DNA from: a virus
Taxonomy: Duplodnaviria; Caudoviricetes
Virus record (IMG/VR): IMGVR_UViG_3300028805_000041
Location: 64,001 to 128,000 of that record
Length of the DNA stretch: 64,000 nucleotides
Direction: 5' to 3' (one strand)
Below, piece after piece: positions 1 through 9,339 of the stretch; positions within the stretch are counted from its first letter, which is position 1, and each line of letters begins with the position of its first letter. A model generated the notes under the pieces. The model was not told the origin of the DNA. It worked only from the letters and a program-made list of their open reading frames with translations, and searched no databases. The position numbers were made by a program, and so were the translations under genes.

Positions 1-256
1 GCTAATCTCAGGACTTAAAATCGGCGTATCATCAAGAGGACTTGGTTCTGTTAAACAGGAATTTGGAAAACTTGTTGTGGGTGATGACTATGAAATAGTA
101 TGTTGGGATGTGGTTGCACAACCATCAACTCCCGGTGCGTGGATGGATACTGATCCAGGTAAATTAAGACAATATGTTGAATCTGAAGAGAAGAATGGTG
201 GCCTCATAAAAGAGGACAGTTTCACAAAATTTGATAAGTGGCTATTAAACGGTTAA
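1..256 (+). CDS. gp21: Prohead core protease (T4 gp21-like), 3' part only
   Basis: Frame 2 reads LISGLKIGVSSRGLGSV...EIVCWDVVAQPSTPGAWM and ends at TAA 254-256. GVSSRGLGS and DxVxxPSxPxA are gp21 motifs. It lies upstream of scaffold and MCP. Not in the ORF track because it is 5'-truncated. Confidence 0.93.
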   Translation, partial: LISGLKIGVSSRGLGSVKQEFGKLVVGDDYEIVCWDVVAQPSTPGAWMDTDPGKLRQYVESEEKNGGLIKEDSFTKFDKWLLNG

Positions 257-265
257 TATTATACA

Positions 266-622
266 ATGAGAATCACAGAAGGAAAATTAAGAAGTTTAAT
301 ACGTGAGAGCATAATGAATGTATTAAATGAAGATATGAGGACACATACATATGATCGTTTTCTCGATGATGACGATTTTATTGCGGTTGCAGCAAACGTA
401 CAAGAAAGATTCATTTCAATGGGTGTATCCATTGAAGATTTTATGGACGAAGAATGTAGAGAAAGACTTTTAGACGAAATAGAAGAGAGCGTATATGACT
501 TTTTGAATTATGAAGCCTGTGATGATTTCAGTTATAAATATGGTGATATAAGTTATGCGGGAATGTTAAATCTTCGTGAACACATATTGGACTTTTTAGA
601 GGAAAAATTCAGAGAAAAATAA
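266..622 (+). CDS. Acidic protein with shared N-terminal leader (putative head-internal protein)
   Basis: N-term MRITEGKLRSLIRESIMNVLNE; lies between protease and scaffold. Confidence 0.7.
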   Translation: MRITEGKLRSLIRESIMNVLNEDMRTHTYDRFLDDDDFIAVAANVQERFISMGVSIEDFMDEECRERLLDEIEESVYDFLNYEACDDFSYKYGDISYAGMLNLREHILDFLEEKFREK

Positions 623-693
623 TAAAAATACATAAAAAAATATTGTTTTTTACAAAAAAATCGCATTTATAGCGTTTTTTCTTTTTCTTTATG

Positions 694-700
694 TATTTAT
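694..700 (+). promoter_or_regulatory. Putative late promoter TATTTAT (scaffold/MCP operon)
   Basis: Same 7-mer found ~20-40 nt upstream of ~19 virion/late genes. Confidence 0.75.
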
Positions 701-731
701 CAATAAATAAAATATCAATTAATTGAGCATT

Positions 732-2249
732 ATGAAGAAAAATAATACGGCAGAAAAAACCATCCTTGAGGCCGAAAAATTATCGGAAGCCCTTAAGGAA
801 GGTACTCACAATTCACTCAAGGATATTATGAATGAAGCCATTAACCGCTTCATCACAGAATCCGAAGATGTAGATGACGAGGACAAGTTTGAGGTAGAAG
901 ATGTCGATACCGAAGAAATTCCTTCATCTGACGATACTTGCTGCAAGGACGGCGAGTGTATGAATGACACCGAAGAAGGTGATAAGGACGATGACGATTG
1001 GTCAGATATGGAAGAGTACAAGGTTGGTGACAATGATTATGATTTCACAGGCGTAGAGGGGGACGACATCCTTAAGGTTTACAACAAACTCGGAGATGAC
1101 GATCAAATCTTTGTAAAAAAGGACGAGGATGGAAACTACGAGGTTAAGGATGAAGAGACCGGTGCTGAATATGTGATTGAACTTAATGCCGATCCCGATG
1201 AATCTGACAAAGCCGATTCAGATTTTGGTGACGAGGATAATGAAATTGAAATCGAAATGGATTCCGATTCTGAACCCGAGGACACAGACGATGAGGTTGA
1301 ATTTGAATTCGGTGACGATGAAGACAATGAAAATGAGGAGGACGACGAAATGTTAAATGAAACAGAATTGGGTTACACAAACACCTATCAAGATGATGTT
1401 ATGCCGGGTCTTAATATGAACGAACCCGCAAATCCTAAAGCAACCTATTCTATGGACGGCGGTGTGCCTAATGGTAACAAGAGACCTTACTCAGGTTATG
1501 AGAAGAAAGACGGCGACCCATTCAAGGATGAGGTTTCTGAAGGTCTTGATGAAAATCCCGCCGCTCTTGCAGCATTAGGTGGTGCTGAAGGTGGTGCACT
1601 TGCAGGTTTTGCTGACGGTATGGCTGTTGGAGGTGCATTACAGGCAGTGGGTAATAATGGCGGTGAAAATGAATCAGCCATTGAAGAGGGCATGATTGAT
1701 GAGGCCGGCGAAAGCAGGGGACAAGTTCAACGTCGTTCTACCGCTAAATCTTATGTTCAGGATAATGATTCTCCTGATATAAAAAACACAAGAAACGCAA
1801 GTAAAAAAGGTGAAAAGGTAAACGGTACTGAAAGACCAATCTCTGAATCTTTCGTTCGTGCAATCGTTTCAAAGGCAAAACAGATTCAAAACGAGAACAA
1901 GCAATATGAAGATGCTCTTGCTAAAATCAAGGTAAGTTTGAAGGAAGCCGCAGTGCTTAACGTCAATCTTGCCCAGATTGTAAAACTCCTGAGCGAAAAT
2001 ACAACAAACGCTTCTGAGAAGAAGTCAATCGTTGAACGTTTCAGTGGTGTTAAGACAATCAAGGAGAGTAAAATGCTTTATGATACAATTAAGCGTGAAT
2101 TAAGTTCAAACGGCAATTCAACCGTTATGCTCGAACAGCAAATTTCGGCTAATGGTTCAAATGCCCTGAATGAAACCACAATGTATCAGAACACCGAATC
2201 CAACCCATCATTGGATTTAATGAACAGGTTGGATAACCTTTACAAATAA
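732..2249 (+). CDS. Prohead core scaffold protein (gp22-like)
   Basis: Very acidic, coiled-coil C-term, many L/I-x-E sites, lies between protease and MCP. ATG at 732 preferred to TTG at 723. Confidence 0.75.
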   Translation: MKKNNTAEKTILEAEKLSEALKEGTHNSLKDIMNEAINRFITESEDVDDEDKFEVEDVDTEEIPSSDDTCCKDGECMNDTEEGDKDDDDWSDMEEYKVGDNDYDFTGVEGDDILKVYNKLGDDDQIFVKKDEDGNYEVKDEETGAEYVIELNADPDESDKADSDFGDEDNEIEIEMDSDSEPEDTDDEVEFEFGDDEDNENEEDDEMLNETELGYTNTYQDDVMPGLNMNEPANPKATYSMDGGVPNGNKRPYSGYEKKDGDPFKDEVSEGLDENPAALAALGGAEGGALAGFADGMAVGGALQAVGNNGGENESAIEEGMIDEAGESRGQVQRRSTAKSYVQDNDSPDIKNTRNASKKGEKVNGTERPISESFVRAIVSKAKQIQNENKQYEDALAKIKVSLKEAAVLNVNLAQIVKLLSENTTNASEKKSIVERFSGVKTIKESKMLYDTIKRELSSNGNSTVMLEQQISANGSNALNETTMYQNTESNPSLDLMNRLDNLYK

Positions 2250-2283
2250 AAATAAAGAAAAAACAAATTAAAAATAGACAATT

Positions 2284-4236
2284 ATGATTTCAAATTTTTT
2301 ACAATCAAGCCAGGTTGGTAACATTAGCGCCAACAAGGCCACTGAGGCTAGAAAGCAAATCAGCGAACGTTGGGAGGGCTTAGGCTTTACCAAGGGTCTT
2401 AAGGGCTACCTTAAGGAAAACATGGCAATTCTTTTTGAAAATCAGGCAAATACCCTTTTGAACGAATCTACAGACGCTCAAAACAGCGGTTCTTTCGAAA
2501 CTGTAGTATTCCCATTGGTACGCCGTGTGTTCTCAAGATTGCTTGCTAATGACATCGTATCCGTACAGGCTATGAATATGCCTATCGGTAAGTTGTTCTT
2601 CATCCTCCCTGTAACTTCAGAGAGAAAGTGGGAAGGCGACCCTGAAAATCCAGAAGGTGCAACAGGTTCACACTATGGTCTTATGGGCTATGAGAGAACT
2701 GAGCGTCGTGACGGTTCAACTCGCAACCGCTACTATCTCCCCGATGAGGTTGTAAACGGCATTGAAGATACTTTCACTGTTGAGTATGACGTTACCGAAT
2801 CAGGTATCACTCGTCGTGAAGAGGTTATCAAGGACACCTATGAAGAGGCTAAGGAATTTGCAAAGACCGTTAACGGTCACGTACACCAAACTGCTCCTGA
2901 GGTTGTTCACTACATGAAGAAGTCACTCTATGACCTTTTCTACAATGACTTCCTCTTCGACCAGTCAAAGGGTAAGATTCACATAAAGGTTGGTGAAATC
3001 GAGGCTGCTAAGATTGCCTTCAATGGTGATTATGTTAAGCCAAGCGAACTCAAAGTTTGCGGTATCGACGATTCAATCCGTAACGTGATTGTTTCTGTAG
3101 GCGGTTTCTCTTCTTTCCGTGCTTCTAAGCTCACCGGTCCTGACGGAAACGAAATGGATACTGAAGCTTTCTTGGCTTCTCTGAAGGTCGTTACCAAGAA
3201 GGAAATTGGTACAACAGGTGAAACTGAATTCTCTTGCTTCAAGAAATTCGAACCTGTACACTTCCGTTGCGTAACACAGCGTTATGGCAAGGGTCTCGTT
3301 GAATATGGTGACATCTGCGACGCCGATGGTAAGATTTACCTCGAACTCGATCTCACCAAGCCAACAAGACAGCCTGGTAAGACAATTGACGGTTATGTTG
3401 GTGTAAATCCTGCTGACCTCACAATCGACGCTCTCGCTGACACATTCCAAGTTGCTTGGGCACAGTACGACAGCCTCGAACTCGAAACCGAAATCGGTGA
3501 AGTTTCTTTCAAACTCTCTGATGTTACCGTTTCAGTTGAGGAGCGCAAACTTCGTGCCACTTGGTCACCTGAACTCGCTCAGGACGTTGCTGCTTTCCAC
3601 AACATCGATGCTGAGGCTGAGTTGACCGCTATCCTCTCAGAGCAAATCGCTGCTGAGATTGACCGTGAGATTCTCCGCGACCTGCGTAAGGGTTCTCCTT
3701 GGCAGATTAAGTGGGACTACAATGGTTGGAGAAGAATGGGTGGTTTCTCTACTAACTACACTCAGAAGGACTGGAACCAAATGTTGATGACTAAGATCAA
3801 CCAGATCTCTGCTCAGATTCATAAGGCTACTCTCCGTGGCGGTGCTAACTTCGTAGTTGTTTCTACTGAGATTTCCGCAGTTCTGAATGACCTCGAGTAC
3901 TTCCACGTAACCGACGCTAACGCTGAGGCTGTGAACTACTCAATGGGTATTGAGAAGGTTGGTTCATTACAGGGCCGTTATCAGGTTTATGTTGACCCAT
4001 ATTCTCCAGCAGAAAGCGCACTTGTTGGTCATAAGGGCGATAGCCTGTTAGATACAGGTTACATCTATGCTCCATATGTACCAATGCAGTTGACCCCAAC
4101 TATTTACAACAGTGCAAACTTCGCACCTGTTAAGGGTATCATCACTCGTTACGCTAAGAAGATGGTTAACAACCGTTACTATGGCGCAATCGTTGTGAAC
4201 GGTCTCCAAACTTGGGATATCAACGAACTGAGATAG
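2284..4236 (+). CDS. gp23: Major capsid protein (T4 gp23-like) with large insertion domain
   Basis: FPLVRRVF..L.A.DIVSVQAM..P.G.LF, RKLRATWSPELAQDV.AFH..DAEAEL..ILSEQIAAEIDREI, GYIYAPYVP, PVKGIITRY. Confidence 0.97.
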   Translation: MISNFLQSSQVGNISANKATEARKQISERWEGLGFTKGLKGYLKENMAILFENQANTLLNESTDAQNSGSFETVVFPLVRRVFSRLLANDIVSVQAMNMPIGKLFFILPVTSERKWEGDPENPEGATGSHYGLMGYERTERRDGSTRNRYYLPDEVVNGIEDTFTVEYDVTESGITRREEVIKDTYEEAKEFAKTVNGHVHQTAPEVVHYMKKSLYDLFYNDFLFDQSKGKIHIKVGEIEAAKIAFNGDYVKPSELKVCGIDDSIRNVIVSVGGFSSFRASKLTGPDGNEMDTEAFLASLKVVTKKEIGTTGETEFSCFKKFEPVHFRCVTQRYGKGLVEYGDICDADGKIYLELDLTKPTRQPGKTIDGYVGVNPADLTIDALADTFQVAWAQYDSLELETEIGEVSFKLSDVTVSVEERKLRATWSPELAQDVAAFHNIDAEAELTAILSEQIAAEIDREILRDLRKGSPWQIKWDYNGWRRMGGFSTNYTQKDWNQMLMTKINQISAQIHKATLRGGANFVVVSTEISAVLNDLEYFHVTDANAEAVNYSMGIEKVGSLQGRYQVYVDPYSPAESALVGHKGDSLLDTGYIYAPYVPMQLTPTIYNSANFAPVKGIITRYAKKMVNNRYYGAIVVNGLQTWDINELR

Positions 4237-4257
4237 TCTTAAAGACACTCACTATAA

Positions 4258-4291
4258 AAAAAGAGGCTTTTTTAGAGCCTCTTTTTTTTTT
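4258..4291. terminator. Bidirectional intrinsic terminator
   Basis: A-tract, AAGAGGCT/AGCCTCTT stem, then T-tract; lies between convergent genes. Confidence 0.85.
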
Positions 4292-4302
4292 CATAAACTT
4301 TG

Positions 4303-4341
4303 CAAGGAAACCCACGAATCTTTAGTTCGTGGGTAGTTGAC
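4303..4341. mobile_element. Orphan IS200/IS605-type terminal hairpin (TnpB/IscB end-like remnant)
   Basis: Minus strand GTCAACTACCCACGAA-CTAAAGA-TTCGTGGGT resembles the GTCAACTACCC..CTAAAG..GGG end hairpin of IscB/TnpB elements; no transposase nearby. Confidence 0.5.
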
Positions 4342-4472
4342 TATCTAAATGGTCTCTTGACCAATTTCCTTTTTGCGGTTACCCTCGGTTGCCTTTGTGG
4401 TGTTGAGGGTCTTTTTGTAACCTGTCTTACTGTTGATGAACCACTTTTTGATTTGCTACATCCACATGCCAT
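4341..4472 (-). CDS. Small basic protein (43 aa), missed by the ORF track
   Basis: MACGCSKSKSGSSTVRQVTKRPSTPQRQPRVTAKRKLVKRPFR*; A-rich upstream region; directly downstream of terL. Confidence 0.7.
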   Translation of the reverse strand: MACGCSKSKSGSSTVRQVTKRPSTPQRQPRVTAKRKLVKRPFR

Positions 4473-4497
4473 ATTTTCTTTCCTATTTTTTCCTATT

Positions 4498-6357
4498 TTA
4501 TTTTAGTAACCACATACTTGCCTTATATGCTTCAGAACGTCCGTCTTGAATATTACTTGACCTATATGCCGGCATAACATATTTTGTTGTTATTTCTGAT
4601 TTATTGATTTTTGGTGTCGCCTTGAAATCGATTCTGCAATTTGCTTCTATCATAGCCCTCAGCATTGCTTCGTCCTTACTCTTTGCTTCTATCTGCCTAT
4701 TCATCGAATACTGCATCACAAATAGTCCCATTGCGAGACAAGTAAGTGTATCATCATGACAACCATCCATGTGGTCCATTTTGCCATTCTTGTATATCCA
4801 AGTCTCCAATTCGTTTATAACACGTTTTGAACGAATCTTAAACTGATTTGTCTTCACTAAATTGGCAAAGTTAGACAACATTTGGAATCTTACTGCATTA
4901 CTGTGGAAGCCCGGAAGTTTACCATCACTCGACATCATTCCAGATACGCTTCTACCCTGCATTGTATACTTGTTCAATTCGGGGTCATCATAATACAGTG
5001 CGGGATATTTCAAATTTAACAATGTCAATAGTGTTGCATCACCGTATCCACCTATTGATTCGACAACACAGAATGCATTATTGTACATTCTACCATAATT
5101 GTTTGCTATTTCACCGATTGTGTCACCGAATAATTTACCGTTATATTCCAACACTTGTTCGATACAAGGCAATCCGTTGTCGTCTATACCGTCTATGTCG
5201 ATTATTTCAAGGGCTGTGGCATCTTCAGAATCACCTCTTGAATTATCGATACACATTATGTATCTGTGTCCTTCGAATGGCTCTTTCCATACCCACGTTT
5301 CTTCTAACATTGGGTCCTTGAAACTCGGGTTCGGGTCTCTTGAATTGATATTTTCCTGCATTTCAATATATTCAGGAGCAACAACGTTATCAGAAGAACC
5401 GAGGAATGATACATCAAGTTCCTGTGCTATCTTTTGTGAATCATTATTGAATGAACCACACATCTTGACATACCAAGGAGAAGACGGTTTATATCCTTTA
5501 CGGACCATTTCAGCCCAATGTTCCTCGTTGTACTCAATATTACCCTTATCATCAAGTACTTGTTCCTTTACAACTTCTTTCTTTCCTGTTTCCTCATTTT
5601 TCCTATGCCATTCAAGGTAGCGGTTGTATCTTGGGTCTTGGTACCATTTGAACTCTACCAATGTGAAACCATTCGTACCCTCTCTTGCTTGTCTGCAAGT
5701 CTTATAATACAGTTGGTCCTTACCGTTCGGTGTGGAAATCATAACAATATGTCCACCAGTTGACACTGTAGCAACCGCGGATGCATATACATCATTACCA
5801 TTCTCAATGAACGCAGCCTCATCGAAGATAAGCCAAGTGACACCACCGACACCACGAGATGCGTCCGGACCTGATGAACGCGCTACAACACGACATCCGT
5901 TCGTGAGTTTAAGTTCCTTTGTATTACAGATTTCAAAGATTTTCTTCCTGTTCTTCTCACTTTTTGGATCCGGATCCCAATACTCTTCACCAAACATCCA
6001 TCTTGGGAATTGGTAAAGAAATTCCCTTATCTTTGTGACCATCTGTTGTGCAAGGTCAAGAGTGTTTCCTATACATAGAATGGTTATTGGTGATTCGGGG
6101 TCAGCCAACACAATCTCACAAGACATAAAGGCTGCGGTTGTGGTCGTAACACCCGCCTGACGTGGTTTTTCAGTACATACGTCAGAATTACTTCCCAACG
6201 CTTGACAATGTATCTTTTGTCTTGGGAAGAGTTTATATTGAACGTCCTTCCTTTGTGTTGCGTCATATGTTTTAAGGAAGTGCTCAATCATGTAAATTCT
6301 TGACTTGTCAGAATAGCATTTGACAAATTCTTCTGACATTTCGTTAACATCTAACAT
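4498..6357 (-). CDS. terL: Terminase large subunit (T4 gp17-like)
   Basis: KPRQAGVTT (Walker A), LIFDEAAF (Walker B), ISTPNG, nuclease CIDNSRG and HDDTL. Start revised to ATG 6357, which lies downstream of the TATTTAT at 6379-6385. Confidence 0.95.
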   Translation of the reverse strand: MLDVNEMSEEFVKCYSDKSRIYMIEHFLKTYDATQRKDVQYKLFPRQKIHCQALGSNSDVCTEKPRQAGVTTTTAAFMSCEIVLADPESPITILCIGNTLDLAQQMVTKIREFLYQFPRWMFGEEYWDPDPKSEKNRKKIFEICNTKELKLTNGCRVVARSSGPDASRGVGGVTWLIFDEAAFIENGNDVYASAVATVSTGGHIVMISTPNGKDQLYYKTCRQAREGTNGFTLVEFKWYQDPRYNRYLEWHRKNEETGKKEVVKEQVLDDKGNIEYNEEHWAEMVRKGYKPSSPWYVKMCGSFNNDSQKIAQELDVSFLGSSDNVVAPEYIEMQENINSRDPNPSFKDPMLEETWVWKEPFEGHRYIMCIDNSRGDSEDATALEIIDIDGIDDNGLPCIEQVLEYNGKLFGDTIGEIANNYGRMYNNAFCVVESIGGYGDATLLTLLNLKYPALYYDDPELNKYTMQGRSVSGMMSSDGKLPGFHSNAVRFQMLSNFANLVKTNQFKIRSKRVINELETWIYKNGKMDHMDGCHDDTLTCLAMGLFVMQYSMNRQIEAKSKDEAMLRAMIEANCRIDFKATPKINKSEITTKYVMPAYRSSNIQDGRSEAYKASMWLLK

Positions 6358-6455
6358 AAAAAGTTGACCTATATAGTAATAAATACCATTGATAATGGAA
6401 ATTGTCAATATTATTTTTAACTATAAAAATATTTATATAAAAATAGTGCACTATT

Positions 6456-8102
6456 ATGAATAAAGAATTTAAAAGGGATTTAGCAAATATGTTTTCCCTT
6501 ATGGAACGTATGGAAAAACATGCTACGCTGAATGAGGCTGAAGGTAATAAAAATTTTTATGTAAACGAAGCATATAGTCCGAATGGTGCTAAAGTTTTTG
6601 TCGACATCTATAGTACAGGTAATAACAATTACGGTGTTAAAATCGGCGGAATTTGGGCTGAGGATGCTGATGAAATAAATGCAAATTTTGGTGTAAACGT
6701 TATACCAGACCCGAATAATAAGATGTTTGCTTATTTGGATTTTGGTGAATGTGGTACTATCGAAGAAATTGTTGGTCTAATTCAGGAAAACATCGTTGAT
6801 ACAGGTGTTTTTGATATGGCAACAGGTCAATATGACAAAGCATCCGTGGCTAATTTATCTAATAAAGACACATGGCACTTTGCAACCGGCGGAAGAGATG
6901 TGCCCGATGATAAACAGAAACTTTTGTCTGACATTAAAAACAAAAATATTGCACAATTAAAGCAAGATTTGGCAAACATGTTAAGCAGCAATGACTATTC
7001 AAGTTTTGATGCCAATAAGTTAGGACAATTAATCATTAATTTAGAACGCCAATATGGTAATCAGTTGTCGCAAAACAACATACGCGCTATCGAAGAACAG
7101 GCTGCTAACTACGGTTTGCAGCCGGGTGACCCGGATTACCCAACTTTTGTCGTTTCTGAAAAAACATGGGTTGAGAAATTTGGAAGACAAGTAAAGCCTG
7201 ACGCAAAGTATCCTTATTACATTGAGGCCAATAAAGCACGTCAATCATCCAAAAAAACGAAAGTTGATAAGGCACAGGCTCGTGGATGGGATGTGAATGA
7301 CAAAAGCGACCTTGATAATCTTTCGGCGCAGGTTAACTATAAATTAGGCTTCAATGATGATGAAAAAAATTACGGTAGGTCAAAGGCATTTAATATAACT
7401 GATACTGAAGATGTAACCGGTGTTGATAAATTCTTAAATGAAATGGGTCTCCTTAATAACTTGACCGGTGAACTTAATGATCTCGCAAAAAAGGATAAGG
7501 AAGAATATGAAAAGAGAAAAGAGGCTGCAATGAATCCCGAAGAACTTGAAGCACATAATGAAGAGAAAAGAACCGAAATCGAGGTTAAATTACTTGGAAA
7601 AACACTTGAGGTGGTTTGTAATAATATGTTTTCATTAAACGTTAAATTTAACGAAAATGCTCCACTGCAAAGTTATATAAACCTTATTAGAACTGCGGTT
7701 GAAAAATCTGCTGAAGGTAAAATTCTCAAGAAAGACCGCTTAAACGCTGTCGTAAGTTGTGCTTCCTTGTTCATTGCTAATAGGTTAAAGGGCATTGGTG
7801 CACAGGAATTATTCCAAATAGCACAAAAAGACGGTGCTGTTGGTCCTTACGGAACGGGAAAACAATATGCGGACGATATTATCAGTATTGCACAGCCGAT
7901 TCTGAAAGGAATTGAGAGAATTTATCCTTCTATTGAAAAGGATTATGTGGACGCACATTCAGCAAAACAACAGGCAACCGCACAAGCCGCAACAACAAGC
8001 GATGACACACAGAGTTATTCACCGGTTGCTGAAGCCGTCTTGAAAAAAATGGAAAAACTAATGAAAGACCCGATTATAGTCGATGGAAAAACATTATTTT
8101 AG
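6456..8102 (+). CDS. Late protein with ArdC-N-like ssDNA-binding domain
   Basis: LSQNNIRAIEEQA...PTFVVSEKTWVEKFGRQVKPDAK...AFNITDT resembles the ArdC-N pattern YSxxNxxLIxxQ..T.V....W...GR.VK...FDxxQT; TATTTAT at 6430-6436; LNE/VNE sites near N-term. Confidence 0.55.
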   Translation: MNKEFKRDLANMFSLMERMEKHATLNEAEGNKNFYVNEAYSPNGAKVFVDIYSTGNNNYGVKIGGIWAEDADEINANFGVNVIPDPNNKMFAYLDFGECGTIEEIVGLIQENIVDTGVFDMATGQYDKASVANLSNKDTWHFATGGRDVPDDKQKLLSDIKNKNIAQLKQDLANMLSSNDYSSFDANKLGQLIINLERQYGNQLSQNNIRAIEEQAANYGLQPGDPDYPTFVVSEKTWVEKFGRQVKPDAKYPYYIEANKARQSSKKTKVDKAQARGWDVNDKSDLDNLSAQVNYKLGFNDDEKNYGRSKAFNITDTEDVTGVDKFLNEMGLLNNLTGELNDLAKKDKEEYEKRKEAAMNPEELEAHNEEKRTEIEVKLLGKTLEVVCNNMFSLNVKFNENAPLQSYINLIRTAVEKSAEGKILKKDRLNAVVSCASLFIANRLKGIGAQELFQIAQKDGAVGPYGTGKQYADDIISIAQPILKGIERIYPSIEKDYVDAHSAKQQATAQAATTSDDTQSYSPVAEAVLKKMEKLMKDPIIVDGKTLF

Positions 8103-8122
8103 AAAATTAATATTAAAATCGG

Positions 8123-9334
8123 ATGGATAAAAATAGATATCTTAAAAACGTTATAGAGACCTGTATAACTGAATCTATTGAGGAATACAGAAACTTCGAC
8201 GGTTCATTTGAGGATTTTAGAAAACGATACCCAATTCATTATCAGAGTGATAGGGGAAAGGGTATTGGTGGTAGAGTCTATCTGTATGCCATTGCTCCAA
8301 GTTCCTCTGTACCATCAATATTTAAAAATGGACAGGATATTGAATTTTCAGGTAGTGGTGAAGGTACTAATTGGTACGGTGCGGCTTTCTATGGCACATG
8401 GGATTATGAATCTGCATATAAGAACTTAAAAGACGGTAAAGGCGGATGTTATGGCAATACTATTGTTAAATACGTTCTAAAGGATGGGTTTAAAGATTTC
8501 ATTATTTTTGACGCTGACTTGAGAGCACAGTATGGAATAAAGGAAAGTCCGTCTGAACAAATAAGAATGCTTATGAGTGATGAGGATTATAATTCTTATG
8601 ACGAACACCTTAGACATTCCGATTATGTTAATTCTACGGACCAAGCATTAGGTATAAAGTTTATTGATAAACCGATGTCCCAATTAAGATCATATCGCGG
8701 CGGTAGGCTTAGTGCAGGTAGCGGTGGTTTTAATCCTGCAAAGAACTTTTGGGAGTTTTTCAAAGGTGGCCCACAAGAATTGAAAGATAGTGGTAGGGCT
8801 AAGATATGGCAGGAATATGCTTTAAAGAATTCTAAGGTTAGAGGATTTGCATTTGATGGCGGACAGGACCCACATACCGTTGTGGTAAAGAACTTTAAGG
8901 ATGTAATGCCAATAGGTTTTGTTAAAGACCCAACCAGCCCGAATGAAAAGGGTGTTGAATGGGATACAAAATATGCAACAGAAGAGGGCTTCAATAATAT
9001 CAATTCTTCTGAAGACATAAATTGGCGTTATGGAGGAAAATACAGGGAGACAAAGTATGACACAAAGGCAACTTTCGATTTTGCAAGGGTAAAGGATGGC
9101 AATGGTTTTAATTACGTCAATCTAAAGGATGATAGTGAAGTACTACCGGTACCCGCAAGTAATGCATTAGACTTCGGTCCAGATAAGAAGGCTACATTTA
9201 TGATTGATGGCATTGAGCATCAGGCAAGAATAATGCCAAACGGCGATGTGAAATTATTTTGGAGATCATCAGGGTTCCCACTCTCGAAGGAAATGTTTGC
9301 CAAGAAAATAGAAGCGGAAAGAAATAGGGGTTAA
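8123..9334 (+). CDS. ADP-ribosyltransferase (PARP-like) fold protein with WG-repeat-like C-term; paralog 1
   Basis: LYAIA...IFKNG...WYGAAFYGT (His position replaced); FARVKDGNGFNYVN..EVLP...ALDF repeat; leader LKNVIETCITE. Confidence 0.55.
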   Translation: MDKNRYLKNVIETCITESIEEYRNFDGSFEDFRKRYPIHYQSDRGKGIGGRVYLYAIAPSSSVPSIFKNGQDIEFSGSGEGTNWYGAAFYGTWDYESAYKNLKDGKGGCYGNTIVKYVLKDGFKDFIIFDADLRAQYGIKESPSEQIRMLMSDEDYNSYDEHLRHSDYVNSTDQALGIKFIDKPMSQLRSYRGGRLSAGSGGFNPAKNFWEFFKGGPQELKDSGRAKIWQEYALKNSKVRGFAFDGGQDPHTVVVKNFKDVMPIGFVKDPTSPNEKGVEWDTKYATEEGFNNINSSEDINWRYGGKYRETKYDTKATFDFARVKDGNGFNYVNLKDDSEVLPVPASNALDFGPDKKATFMIDGIEHQARIMPNGDVKLFWRSSGFPLSKEMFAKKIEAERNRG

Positions 9335-9339
9335 GAATT

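Noticed and set aside
4300-4506. 68-aa plus-strand ORF
   Set aside because: TTG start just after a terminator; the minus-strand 43-aa basic ORF following terL is more plausible.
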